Shown: positions 1-12,600 of the stretch, piece by piece | Position numbering within the stretch: the stretch's first letter is position 1 | Layout: each line of letters opens with the position of its first letter | Assembly (NCBI GenBank): GCA_964035545.1 | Contig: OZ037767.1 | Location: 12,881,801-12,945,800 of the forward strand | Direction: 5' to 3' | DNA length: 64,000 nt | Source: Bugula neritina | Lineage: Eukaryota; Animalia; Bryozoa | Position numbers and translations under genes: made by a program | Notes under the pieces: model-generated | Told to the model about the DNA's origin: nothing | Seen by the model: only the letters and a program-made list of their open reading frames with translations | Database searches by the model: none

Positions 1-671
1 AACAACAAAACAAAAAAGAACCATACTGAATTGAGCAAATATATCTGGAAACTAAAAGACAAGAACACCCATTTTGACATAACATGGAAAATTATGAAAA
101 AGACCAACTCATACAACAAAGTCACTAAAAGATGCAACCTCTGCCTATGGGAAAAATATTTCATAATATACCAGCCCAGCAAATCTTCCCTTAATAACAG
201 AAATGAAATTCTATCCACATGCAGACATGCGCGTAAACACTACCTGGGCAACATCACATAACAATACTAACAACTCTCAACCATAGTACTACCTATTATA
301 AATTAGCCTTTCCATCAAACATCTAGCTTTTATAGTTTAATCCTTTAGAAAAAGAGCAATTTAATTAATTAATAGATAACACCAAATCCACTACTATGTT
401 TGCATTTCGTTTTACGTTGTGTTTAGCATGATAATTTTCTTTATGTAAAAATTTGAATAATCGGTATGCTTCATAGATTTTATTTATTTTTAGTCTAACA
501 CCTGAGGAGTGCAGTTTACTGCACGAAACTATATAGTCGTGTAAGATTTTTTAAATAAAACATATATGTATCATTAACAATCTGAACACACTACATTATA
601 TTAGCTCTGTCACCCGTGATATCGAGCACTTTACTTTGCTGGAACTCCAACTAGATTGACAATCAGCATAC

Positions 672-672
<1 letters not shown>
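1..672 (+). mobile_element. 3' end of Penelope-like retroelement (C-terminal GIY-YIG endonuclease tail plus pseudo-LTR), probably Hydra clade
   Basis: Frame open from base 1 to 261: HTELSKYIWKLK...RCNLCLWEKYFI...LNNRNEILSTCRH, matching the C-terminal GIY-YIG region of PLEs with a CxxC motif; followed by a hammerhead motif (498-542) and ending at a (TA)n tract. Clade assignment is inference. Confidence 0.8.
498..542 (+). ncRNA. Minimal type I hammerhead ribozyme
   Basis: ACAC-CTGAGGA-GTGCAG(TTTA)CTGCAC-GAAA-CTATATAG-TC-GTGT: stem I ACAC/GTGT, CUGANGA core, 6-bp stem II, GAAA, palindromic stem/loop III, GUC cleavage triplet (cut after 538). Confidence 0.85.

Positions 673-673
<1 letters not shown>

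Positions 674-762
<89 letters not shown>
674..762. repeat. (TA)n microsatellite
   Basis: Pure TA tract directly after the PLE end. Confidence 0.97.
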
Positions 763-766
<4 letters not shown>

Positions 767-1831
767 TAGAGATAGTTTATTGAACAAAATAGAAAAAGTC
801 CTTGGCCAGCTTTAAAAAACTTTCTCCATTAAGGGTTCTCATAGGAATAGCGACTATTAACACACGTGAGTGTTTTTACTGGAAACATATTTAATCACTA
901 TTAAACGTGATACTAAGATTGGCATTTTTACTATGAGTAGGCTGGCTTATTAATGTCCAATAACGTATGAAAAGCTTTAGTAGTTAAATTCTACTTGACA
1001 CAGTGTACAATGTAGTAGAAGAAAACCTCTACGAAAATAAGTATATCCTGAACGCAATTACATTCATGCAAATATTTAAGCAGCAAATGTAGGAAAGTAA
1101 AATAAAACAAATACATGTATGTGAATTCAAAACTATTAGATAACTTAGAAGTATATTGCAATCTGAAGGCATGTACTTGTGAGCTGATGTTCAGAAAGAG
1201 AGAACAAGAGAAAATATCAACAGAGTCATGCCATCAAAATTGTTACACCAATTAAAACCTTACACTTTTTATCCTCATTATCCATATGCAAGGAAGAACG
1301 CACGTGTTCTAAAAACAAAAACCGTTTAGAAAAAGTGAAGAATGTTTTAATTGGTTAGTTAGAAAACAGTGAAAAAGCAAGAAGCTATCAACATGTATGG
1401 GTATGGCTACAGAAATCTGAACTGTTTAGCAAACCGCTACCCCACACATAGAAGGCCAAAGCTAACTTGCCTACAGACGTGGAGCCACTTCCTGGATGAT
1501 ACAATGGTTAAGAAATGATGCAGCATACTGAAGCTACAATTTAGGCACTGAGGCTAAGCTATCACAACATCTAAATAGTAAGCTGATGCAAATATAGACA
1601 AAAAACACACATTATTTACTGAAGGCTGTACAACTATACTGTTAAATATGAATATTGTATCAAAAAGTATGGCTATTAACAGTTTTAATGCCCATCAAAT
1701 TGTTATATCATATGGTTGCAAAATCAAAAACTATTATATTGCCATTTACAGTATAGTGGCCAGCTGAGCTGTAGTTACCATAAGAATATTCTGTCAGAAG
1801 TCGAGAAAGAGCAACTGTACCCTAAGCTTAC

Positions 1832-4561
1832 CCTCAGCTAAAAGTCTAGCCGTCTTTGGGGTAGAGCCACTAGGCATGGTTATCTTATACTTCCCTTCGT
1901 GCTCTGGCAACACCCGGCGACTCTTTGGAACCGGCACTTCCTCTTTCTGTACGACCTTTGACCGAGGGGGCGCGACTCTTCGTTGATGTGAGACTGCAGA
2001 CTTAGTCTTGGTTACAGCCGCAGTCACAGATTTACGGCTGGGCAACGAAGCCACTCGATCACTGCGCAACTTACTTTTTCTCATGACTTTTGCTAAAATA
2101 TTAGAAAATCACATATAGGAAAATATTATATAGAATTAAAATTGAAAAAGCAACAACTTAATTAAATCTAGACGATAAGAAATATTACATATATTGGCGC
2201 ATAAATTATATAGAAATAAAGTTAGCAATAATAAATTAGCAGAGCTTTCACAAAAACATCAAGCATAGAAGTTGGACTACCAAATGGCCTTCAATAAATT
2301 GCACATTGCAGGTATGAAATTAGCCCAAGACTATTACTTTCTCACCTATACGACAGCCTTCAGAGCTAAAATAACATTAAAATGTAGACGAGTCAATCAT
2401 ATGCATGAAGTCACAGTTGACAACCGATTACGACATCATCGGGGAATGACATGCCCCCATGACATCACTAAAATATATATCATGTAAAGTATAACCCTTG
2501 TAGCAGGGATAAACCCACCTGATAGTTAGCAGGGATAAACCCACCTGATAATTAACAGGGATAAACCCACCTGATTAGCAGGAATGAAACCATCTGATAA
2601 TTAGCAGGGATAAACCCACCTGATAGTTAGCAGGGATAAACCCACCTGATAGCTAGCAGGGATAAACCCACCTGATAGTTAGCAGGGATAAACCCACCTG
2701 ATAGTTAGCAGGGATAAACCCACCTGATAGTTAGCAGGGATAAACCCATCTGATAGTTAGCAGGGATAAACCTACCTGATAGTTAGCAGGGATAAACCCA
2801 CCTGATAGTTAGCAGGGATAAACCCACCTGATAGTTAGCAGGGATAAACCCACCTGATAGTTAGCAGGGATAAACCCACCTGATGTCAGGAGAGATACAT
2901 CCTCTTCTCCATCTGACACATCTTCGGAATTGTCTTCTTCTTGGTTCTCTGACTCACATGGGCTATCCTGGCTTTTCTCTTCAGACTTGAGGAAACTCTC
3001 CACCATACGACTGGCAGCTACCCATGTAGAAAGACATAATGATAATAAGAATGCTATTGCATAACTCTACCAACTAACAAAAACTGTGTGGCGTTAATGC
3101 AAGGTTGTTCATGGTGAAAGCTTTATCTATTCCAGTTTTAATACAATATATTACTATTAAAGTGAACACCCAAGTTAAGTCTTTTATTATTCTTTGTATA
3201 TAAAAAATATTTAAAAAGCATCCCCAACTTGCTATGTCAGAGTTTAGTAGGCTTGAAGAAGTAAATATTCCTGCACTAAGCACTGTTCTAGATAAGTAAG
3301 GTAAGTAACCTAAGTGGCTGAGAAGAAAAACACTAACGCGTAGATTTCTTTATCCCAGTTGCTGTTTTCTTAATCTGGATCTCTGAAGGCTTGTTCATCT
3401 AAAATATCAGTAGTCAGTATATATCACAGGGTATCAGTACTCAGTATATATCACAAGGTATCAGTAGTCAGTATATATTACAAGGTATCAGCAGTCAGTA
3501 TATATCACAAAGTATCAGTAGTCAGTATATATCACAAGGTATTAGCAGTCAGTATATATCACAGGGTATCAGTATTCAGTATATATCACAAGGCATCAGT
3601 AGTCAGTATATATCACAAGGTATCAGTAGTCAGTATATATCACAAGGTATTAGCAGTCAGTATATATCACAGGGTATCAGCAGTCAGTATATATCACAAA
3701 GTATCAGTAGTCAGTATATATCACAAGGTATCAGTAGTCAGTATATATCACAGGGTATCAGTAGTAAGTATATATCATAAGGTGTCAGTAGTCAGTATAA
3801 ATCACAAGGTATCAGTACTCAGTATATATCACAAGATATCAGTAGTCAGTATATATCACAGGGTATCAGTAGTCAGTATATATCACAAGGTATTAGCAGT
3901 CAGTATATATCACAAGGTATCAGTAGTCAGTATATATCACAGGGTATCAGTAGTCAGTATATATCACAAGGTATCAGTAGTCAGTATATATCACAGGGTA
4001 TCAGTAGTCAGTATATATCACAAGGTATCAGTAGTCAGTATATATCACAAGGTATCAGCAGTCAGCATTTATCACAAGGTATCAGTAGTCAGTATATATC
4101 ACTAGGTATAAGTAGTGGGTATATATCACAAGGTATCAGCAGTCAGTATATATCACAGTGTATCGGCATTCGGTAAATACCAAATATGATCATACATTTC
4201 TCATTATAAACCAGAGTACCCAATACCAGAATACCTTGGAAAACTTTTGCCAATGCAAAAAACTCACTAAAATGACCATTTGTAGGACTAAAAAATTGAA
4301 AAATGGCAAAAAGGCAAATAATACGGGTTTAGCAGCATAGTTGTCAAACCACCTGCGAGGACACCTTCTTTGCATGCTTCAATATTGCGATGATATCACC
4401 CAAAACTGTGATGCCAAGCTCCTTCAAATAGTCCTTGTCCAACTCAGTCAGCATGTCTTTCTCTATTCGGTTTTCCACAAAAGAAACAGCATAACTGGCA
4501 GCCTGGCTTGCAGGAATACCTGCAGCCAGGAGGAACTGCAGCCACTCAGAGAGAGTCTTTC
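1832..4561 (-). CDS. C19orf47: C19orf47-like (N-terminal SAM-like domain + DUF5577) protein, partial multi-exon gene
   Basis: Phase-consistent GT-AG exons 4561-4353 ([64 protein letters not shown]), 3398-3338, 3017-2880 ([10 protein letters not shown]), 2092-1832 ([23 protein letters not shown]); recognisable similarity to vertebrate C19orf47 motifs. First and last exons not located. Confidence 0.85.
2501..2884. repeat. 26-bp minisatellite (~15 copies) CAGGGATAAACCCACCTGATAGTTAG
   Basis: Direct tandem repeat; the last unit contains the donor site of the 3017-2880 exon. Confidence 0.95.
3406..4165. repeat. 27-bp minisatellite (~28 copies) GTATCAGTAGTCAGTATATATCACAAG
   Basis: Direct tandem repeat (9-aa VSVVSIYHK period in the ORF track); abuts the acceptor of the 3398-3338 exon. 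Confidence 0.95.
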
Positions 4562-5019
4562 CTAGAAATTACAGATATATATATATATACCAACTGAAGG
4601 TAGCAGATATTTTCTTCTGTGTGTACCTACATTGACGAACTAACTATAATATTATGTTTTCTTATTTTTATATCTCGCATTACATTGCATATCTTGCCAT
4701 TACATTACATCTTTCATATTACGTTACATCCCAACGTTCATATCAAATACACAAAAATACTTACTTTCAGACATTCTGTTTTGCCTGTTTTGTTTAAAAA
4801 TCCTTTATTCTTGGAGGAGGAATTCTGGTTATTGATTGCTGACTTGAGTTGAAACTTTTGATAAAGGCCAAGTACCATACAATGTCACATAAATTCGACT
4901 GCTGGTGGAAAAACCACTTTCTAAATTTAGACAGTCTTTGGATTGAAGAGCTGTGTATGAAATTAAAAACAAATTTGCTTTTACAAAATAACGGCGATGA
5001 TAGTATCCTAAAGACTGGA

Positions 5020-6470
5020 CTAGTAGTATTATTACCATTATGTGTAGAAGTTATAGTTATGTATGGTATAGTATAGATATAGTGTTAATCGAAATAAAAC
5101 TCAGTCTCATACATAGAGTTATACAGTAATTGACTAATACTCAGTGGTAAAGTTATACTTATAGTAATAATAGATTATAGATTATATGAGCTACAGTAAT
5201 AAGAGTAAGACTATGAGTAAGTATAATATTAATATTAAATTTATTACTCATACTGTAATACTAATGGTTTACTAATAGTGATAGTATTGACTTTGAGGGA
5301 ATTACTAAGTTCAATACTCATTATAGTTACTGTTACTAATAGTAATAGGAATCATTATGTTCATACTGATAGTAAAAAAGTTACACTAATAGTAATAGCA
5401 ATACTAATACTAACAGTATTAATTTTATTATTAGACTTAGTAACACTAAGAACAGTAAGAAGATTGGGAACAAGAATAATCAATAACCTATAAAGTTAAA
5501 CTTCAACTATATCAGTCTCAGATACTGATAAATATTAAAATTAACCAAATTACGTATTGCTGTATTGGTATAACTATATTATTATTAGCAAGTAATAGGA
5601 GAACTCAACTGTATAACATTAACTATAATTATAATAAACTAAAAGTATAATGTAAATATCAATATTATTATTATCAACAATATAATAGTAATAATAAAAT
5701 CTAATTGTTAATACTATATTATTATTAAAATCGAAAATAATTATAATACTGAATATAACAATAAGCATCATATTTAATAATATTGAAATTATTATAAAAC
5801 TAAAAGTAAAATCAAAATGATAAATTTAAAGTCATTAGTTAGACTTAGTTCAACTGTCACAGTTAAACTCAAAGTTATGTTAGACTCAAACTGTTAGTGT
5901 TAATGCTAATACTGAGTAATAGTAATAGTAATACTTATACTATTACTATTAGTATTAGTAATACTAATAGTAATATTAATAGCAGATTAAGTTTAGCATA
6001 ACTTTGAGTTTAACTATTACTTTTAAAGATATCAATGCTATCGTAACGGTAATAGTAATACTAATAGTAATACTAATAGTAATACTAATAGTAATACTAG
6101 TAGATTACTATTACTATTAGTATTAGTAATATTACTATGACTATGAGTATTACTACTAGTGAACTACTATTAGTATTACTAATACTATTAGTAATAATAA
6201 TAGTAATAGTAATACTATTACTATTAGATTTAGTATTACTATTAGATTTATTATTAGTAGTAGCATTACTATTATTATTTAGTATTTAGTAAATTAGTAT
6301 TACTAAAAGTAAATAATAAATACTAAAATAGTAAATGGTAAATAATTTACTATTACTCTAATACTATTACTATTAGTATTTACTATTTATAATTTAGTAG
6401 GTAATACTTATAGTTATACTAATACTAATACTTTTAGTATTACTATCACTATTACTAATAGTAATTGAGT
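5020..6470. repeat. AT-rich low-complexity region of TAGTAA/TTACTA motifs with local inverted repeats
   Basis: Degenerate hexamer motifs on both strands; inverted pair 5861-5886 / 5990-6015. Confidence 0.7.
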
Positions 6471-6756
6471 AATTGCACTTAAAGTAATCAGGCTCTTTTC
6501 AACAATTCTGATAATAACAACAGCTTAAATGAGTACAAAATATACCAACATTTAAAATATATCAAGTGGGTTAACGTTGTACTGGTATAGATGTGAAAAG
6601 AAAGCAATCACAATGAATGCGATTATCGTTATGATTATCATAATATATTACTAGAAGTAGAAGTGGAAACGCTAATAACAGAGGTAAAAATTGAGTTGTT
6701 GACAAAACGAAAAACGCGAGTCGACAATAATTTATTTCGAGCTACTGGAAGAGAGC

Positions 6757-7492
6757 AGTGTGGTATATTTAATAGTGTTGACTTTAAACCATGAAAAATC
6801 ATAATGCCGCTATTGGTACCGCGAGTTTTGTAAGTTATAAAGGAAAAATTTTGCCACTTTTGTGATTTTATTTTTTTTTATTTTATGTGTCCATTTTTTT
6901 AGTTTTGTTTATCGGTAAAGTTTTTAAACATATTTTCAATGCATATAAAATTTAAAAAAAAATTAAAACTCAATCATGCACGAAAATACAAAGCTATAAA
7001 GTTTAAGCTTCGCTGTGATTACAACGTGAATGTGAATTGAATAATGCTTGCAATAACAATTTTACACAACATACGTTACAGTTGCTATAAATGTACCACT
7101 AGTAAATTGGATGCAAATGGGCACGGTAATACTGTGGTGGTTCGTGGAACTACCAGCAGCGCGACATGTAGGGTCGCGTAATTGACCCGGAACAATGGAT
7201 AGCCAATTAGCGTAGTTGATAGTTAGCAGCAATTGTAGTTTCCCGCTGCTAACTCAGTCGAAGCTAGAGTGTGAAATAGATTAGATGTGTAACTTGTTTG
7301 GAAATAATGTATCGTGTTTTTATAATGTATAGTTGTGTATAAAATATACTCGTTCACTCGACTTATCCTGGTGCAGTTCTATAGTAGATAAATAGACTCT
7401 CTGGATAGCACATCAACCCTAAATCTGAAAATTATAACAATACTACTTGATTTATGCTATTTTTGAAATTTGTAGTAAATATTTGGCATGTA
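6757..7492 (+). repeat. Interspersed (TA)n-anchored repeat, copy 1 (interrupted by a solo LTR)
   Basis: Homologous to the reverse complement of 8911-9352 and to 9415-9647 + 18163-18325; ends at a TA tract. Confidence 0.8.
7133..7439. mobile_element. Solo LTR (307 bp) with 4-bp TSD ATAC
   Basis: TG...CA ends, ATAC on both sides; the empty site (GGTAATACTACTT) is seen in the inverted host copy near 8953-8968. Confidence 0.85.
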
Positions 7493-7497
7493 TTATA

Positions 7498-7547
<50 letters not shown>

Positions 7548-7579
7548 TATATATTATATATTGTTATATTACATATTAT

Positions 7580-7620
<41 letters not shown>

Positions 7621-8844
7621 CTAAGTATGCTAATACTATATATAATATATATATATTATAATATGATAATATATATTATTATATTATACATTATATTATA
7701 TTATATATTATTAATATATATATATTATATTAATATATTATATAATAATATATTATATATATATATATAATAATATCATATATAATATATATATATATAT
7801 TATAATATTATATTATATATTATATTATATATATATTATATATATATAATAATATCATATATAATATAAATAATATATTATTATATTATATATAATATAT
7901 ATATATTAAAATAATATATTATATTATATATATATATATTATATATATATATAATAGTATCATATATAATATATATAATATATTATTATATTATATATTA
8001 TATATTATTATATTATATATTATATTATATATATAATATCATATATAATATATATGTATATATATATATATATATTTTATAATAATATATTATATATTAT
8101 TATATTATATATATTATATATATATATATATAATAATATCATATATAATATAAATAATATATTATTATATTATATATAATATATATATATTAAAATAATA
8201 TATTATATTATATATATATATATTATATATATATATAATAGTATCATATATAATATATATAATATATTATATTATATATTATATATTATTATATTATATA
8301 TTATATTATATATATAATATCATATATAATATATATGTATATATATATATATATTTATATTTTATAATAATATATTATATATTATTATATTATATATATT
8401 ATATACATATATAATAATATCATATATAATATATATAATATATTATTATATTATATATTATATATAATATATATATATACTATATATATATTATAAAAAT
8501 ATATTATATATTATTATATTGTATATTATTTTAAATATATATTATATATAAATATAATAATATCATATATAATATATTATTATATTATATTATATACAAA
8601 ATATAATATATGTATATATTATAATAATATATTATATATTGATATACCATATATTATATTATATATATATACATTATATATATATATAATAATATCATAT
8701 ATAATATATTATTATATTATATATTTTATTATATACATTATATATAATAATATTATATATAATATATATAAAATATATATATCTATATATATATATTTTT
8801 TTTTTTTTATCTATGTATATATATATATATATTTTTTTTTTCTA

Positions 8845-8910
<66 letters not shown>
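7493..8910. repeat. Long degenerate (TA)n/ATT tract with internal block duplication
   Basis: ~1.4 kb of nearly pure A/T; a block near 7850-7970 recurs near 8135-8255. Confidence 0.92.
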
Positions 8911-8913
<3 letters not shown>

Positions 8914-9352
8914 GCCAAATATTTACTACAAATTTTAAAAATAGCATAAATTAAGTAGTATTACCGTGCCTATTTGCATCCAATTTACTAGTCTTACATT
9001 TATAGCAACTGTAACGTAATTTGTGTAGAATGGTTATTGCAAGCATTATTCAATTCATATTTACATTGTAATCACAGCGAAGCTTCAACTTTATAGCTTT
9101 GTATTTACGTGCATGATTGAGTTTTAATTTTTTTTAAAATTTTATGTGCATAAAAAATGTGTTCACAAACTTTACCAATAAACAAAACTAAAAAAAATGT
9201 ACACATAAAATGGAAAAAAAATAAAATAACAAAAGTCACAAAATGTTTCCTTTATAGCTTATATAAACTCGCGGTACCAATCTCGGCATAATGGCGCCCA
9301 TATGTTTCCGTAAAATTACCTAATGTCAACACTCCTAATATATACCACTCTG
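8911..9352 (-). repeat. Interspersed (TA)n-anchored repeat, copy 2 (inverted)
   Basis: Reverse complement of copy 1 without the LTR insertion. Confidence 0.8.
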
Positions 9353-9647
9353 GATGAAAGTATCAATCAGAGATAGTAGATATCTAGAGTTGCAACCTTA
9401 AGACCTAAGAAATCATCATGCCGCGTTTTGTGCCGCGAGTTTATATAAGTTATAAATGGAAAGTTTTGCCGCACCATTATTTTATTATTTTTTCATTTTA
9501 TGTGTACATTTTTTATTTTTGTTTACTGGTATAATTTTCAAACACATTTTGTATGCATATAAAATAAAAAACAATTTTAAAACTCAGGCATGCACATAAA
9601 TACAAAGCTACAAAGCTTAAGTTTCGCTGTGATTACAATGTGAATAT

Positions 9648-12600
9648 TGTAATGGCTAATAGAAGTGTAGTCATGGCGTTTGCTCTATAACCCCCATTTG
9701 TAATGCGGAAAAACAATGTGGCCAGTATACGAGCTTCCAATCAAATTTCGAGAAGGCATGCACAGGATAGTTAAGGGCATCCTCACTAAGAATATCATAA
9801 ATTTCTCCCGAAATGTAGTTCAGGTTCTTGAATAATATTGCTCTGCGGGTGGCATGCGTGTTGCCTATTTGCAATTGTTTAGCCTAAGATTAAACTACAA
9901 CCAATAAGCAGCAACCTTCATTAGGGCTGTGTTATCTATCAACATTCCATTATAGGCGCTACATAAACAAAGTACCAAGCAAGCTATTCATTGTAGCCTG
10001 TCGGCTAGCAAGCCTATAATTAGCATGTACGCGCCAATATCTTCTCATCCCTACGTGCTCATTGAAGCATGAAGCACTGCGCGCTGCTAATTTACTATGA
10101 AAAAATATGGCATTTTCAGTGTATAAATCACCAATTTGTGGGCAATTTAGAAGAGTTATTGGAAAAAGAAAAAAACTTACCCTGGAGAAATATCTCAGGA
10201 TTCCAGCAGTGCAATTTTTATTCAGATATCATGCTTTGCTGCTGAGATATTTTACTGGTACTGAAAAGTCAGCTTTTCAGGCAAAATTGGCCAAAATTGG
10301 GCAGTTTTTTGTCTATAACTTTGCAAAAAAAATGAAAATTGAAATTTCCAAAAAACTTACCCTGGAGAAAAAGAAGATCTACAGTATAGTTTTTAAATTT
10401 TGACTCTAGCACAATTAGGTGAGATTTTATTTTACTGGTACTGAATTCTTATATGATTACAATGCAAACCTCAGCAAGGTAGTTGCAGCTAAAAGGTTGC
10501 CCTTAACTATCCTGTGTGTGACAAACAGTTACCGGAAGACCTACCGGAACAAGAGTAGTAGAGCGACTAGGCTAGCTGTGGATAGATGATATATATCTAA
10601 CTGTAACAATATCAAATATTTTGTATCTTGCCATAAATAAATGTAACTCGTTTTATATTTTATATTGCTGTAAATATACATTCTTATTCACACGGTAGAT
10701 CAAGCGCCGCCTCTTCTCAATTGCATAGTTACAAATGCAGTAATTGAAGGCACATGAAACCCAACACAGTAACATAAGCTCAAAGATTAGAACATTGGTG
10801 GCAGCGGTAGGATTCACTGTGCGATGCACTCACTATCGAGACAGTAATCTAGAACCGATATGGCAGAGATTGACACAGGAACACCTCTAGTGGTAGAGGA
10901 ACCAGCTCAACACATGAGAGGGGAGCCTGTTTACCCAGTAATCCGAGAGGGCCCATATCACAAGATGGGGAGGCCTACAGGTACCACCTGGAAGCCCCTA
11001 CTTCTACTGGCAAGGAGGATGTAGAGCAGTTCATTCAAGAATTTAGTGATCTGATAGCCATCATACAATGGCCACCTAGGGTGGCTTTGATTCAACTGCG
11101 GTTGGCAATAACGGAACAGGCCAAGCCGTATGAACAAGTACCTAGCGTTGACGGGATCTTTGCTGCATCACGGGCCCGGTTCGGCATTTCCGCCATAAAC
11201 GCCAGGACCTGTCTACAAGGACTGCGGCGTGACTCATGTACACCCCTCCAAGAGCATGCCGCTACGGTGAAGAAGTTGGCGCAGATCACATATAGCGACT
11301 TGCAACCAGCACACCAAGGGCGCTACACTTTTGACGCCTTTGTACAGTCTCTCCCTGACTTGGGTCTTCACCACCAACTCTTGGCCAGGAGAGTGACTAC
11401 AGTAGAAAAGGCCTTGCAAGAAGGAGAGGCATATCTCCTAGCTATTCAGCTGCACAGAGACTGCGTGATTTCCCGACAAACCAACGTAGATCCCACAGAG
11501 GATAACTCTGATCCGCTCTATGCGGCTCACGTAGCGGCGACTGCTGCCGACCCCGGCCTTGACGCGTAGGTCACAGGCATGACTGAGATGGTTGAGAAGC
11601 TGTTGGCAGTCTTAGCCCACTCCCAACAACAAGCCCCGTTCAAAGATCTGTGCGGCTGCAGTCAAAGCCATCATGGTGGCAGCCAGCCACGTGTTGGGAA
11701 TGCGGCGGCTGTGGACACCTCCGTGTGAAGTACCCTCAGAACAAAAGAGAGTTAAACTCTCATGGCCCGCGAATGTTTCCGCCCACCGCGGGCCGAAAAT
11801 AAAAAACACCTCTCGGGGGAACCGCCATCCGCCCGTACGGATGCGACGACCTACCCCACAGGCATAGCAAGTGCAACCTAGGACGAGTCTACCAGACAGG
11901 CTACCCAGTACCTTCGCGCTGCTGCTTACTAACAGCTTTGATCAGTTACCAGCACCAGAATCTGATAGTGGACAGGACCTGGAGTCTGAGGGAAACTTTT
12001 CCCCCTTAAAGGTTAGCCCGTAACTATAGCAGGCCTCACCAACCACGTCTCAAAGCGGAGGAAGTTTTTCCTGTGGAGACAGAGCATGCTGGGGGAGTGC
12101 GGGTGCAACCTCACAGTGACAGCTATTTTTCACCGGGCAAAGTAGCCGGTAAGGCTGTCACCTTCCTGCTAGATTCAGGGTGCACGACGAACCTCATAAG
12201 CCGCTAGCTCTTTGACACCCTCAGCGCTAGAGACAAGGCTGGGTTAGAACCATATAACGGGGAACATGGCACATTGGCGGGCGGGTCATGTATTCCTTTC
12301 TATGGTATCATCGAGTTGACAGGATGTGTCCGGGATCAGGCCACTTAGGAGACGTTCATTGTCAGTCAACTCAAAGAGGATGCTATCCTCGGGATGCCGT
12401 TCTTGAAAAAGGCACAGGTGCCATAGAGACTTTAGCAAGTCTACAATGATTATGGCCGGGCATGAGCTCACATGTGTTGACAAGTTTGGTAGGCCCCTGG
12501 TGGGAGGCGTGTAGATAATAGGGAACTGTACGATACCAAGCCACTTCTATGCCACTATCCACTGCAGGTTAAACCGTAGGCGAGTCTCAAGACTTGAGGT

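Noticed and set aside
2346-2468. Possible extra minus-strand exons of the C19orf47-like gene (AG/GT-flanked 20-nt segment and a second acceptor)
   Set aside because: Both introduce in-frame stops; direct splicing 2880 to 2092 keeps the frame. A poison micro-exon cannot be excluded without RNA data.
2501-4165. 26-bp and 27-bp arrays as possible CRISPR arrays
   Set aside because: No unique spacers, no cas genes, eukaryotic intronic context.
10107-10403. 98-aa ORF shared by both MITE copies
   Set aside because: No transposase motif; built from internal sub-repeats; shared only because the copies are recent.
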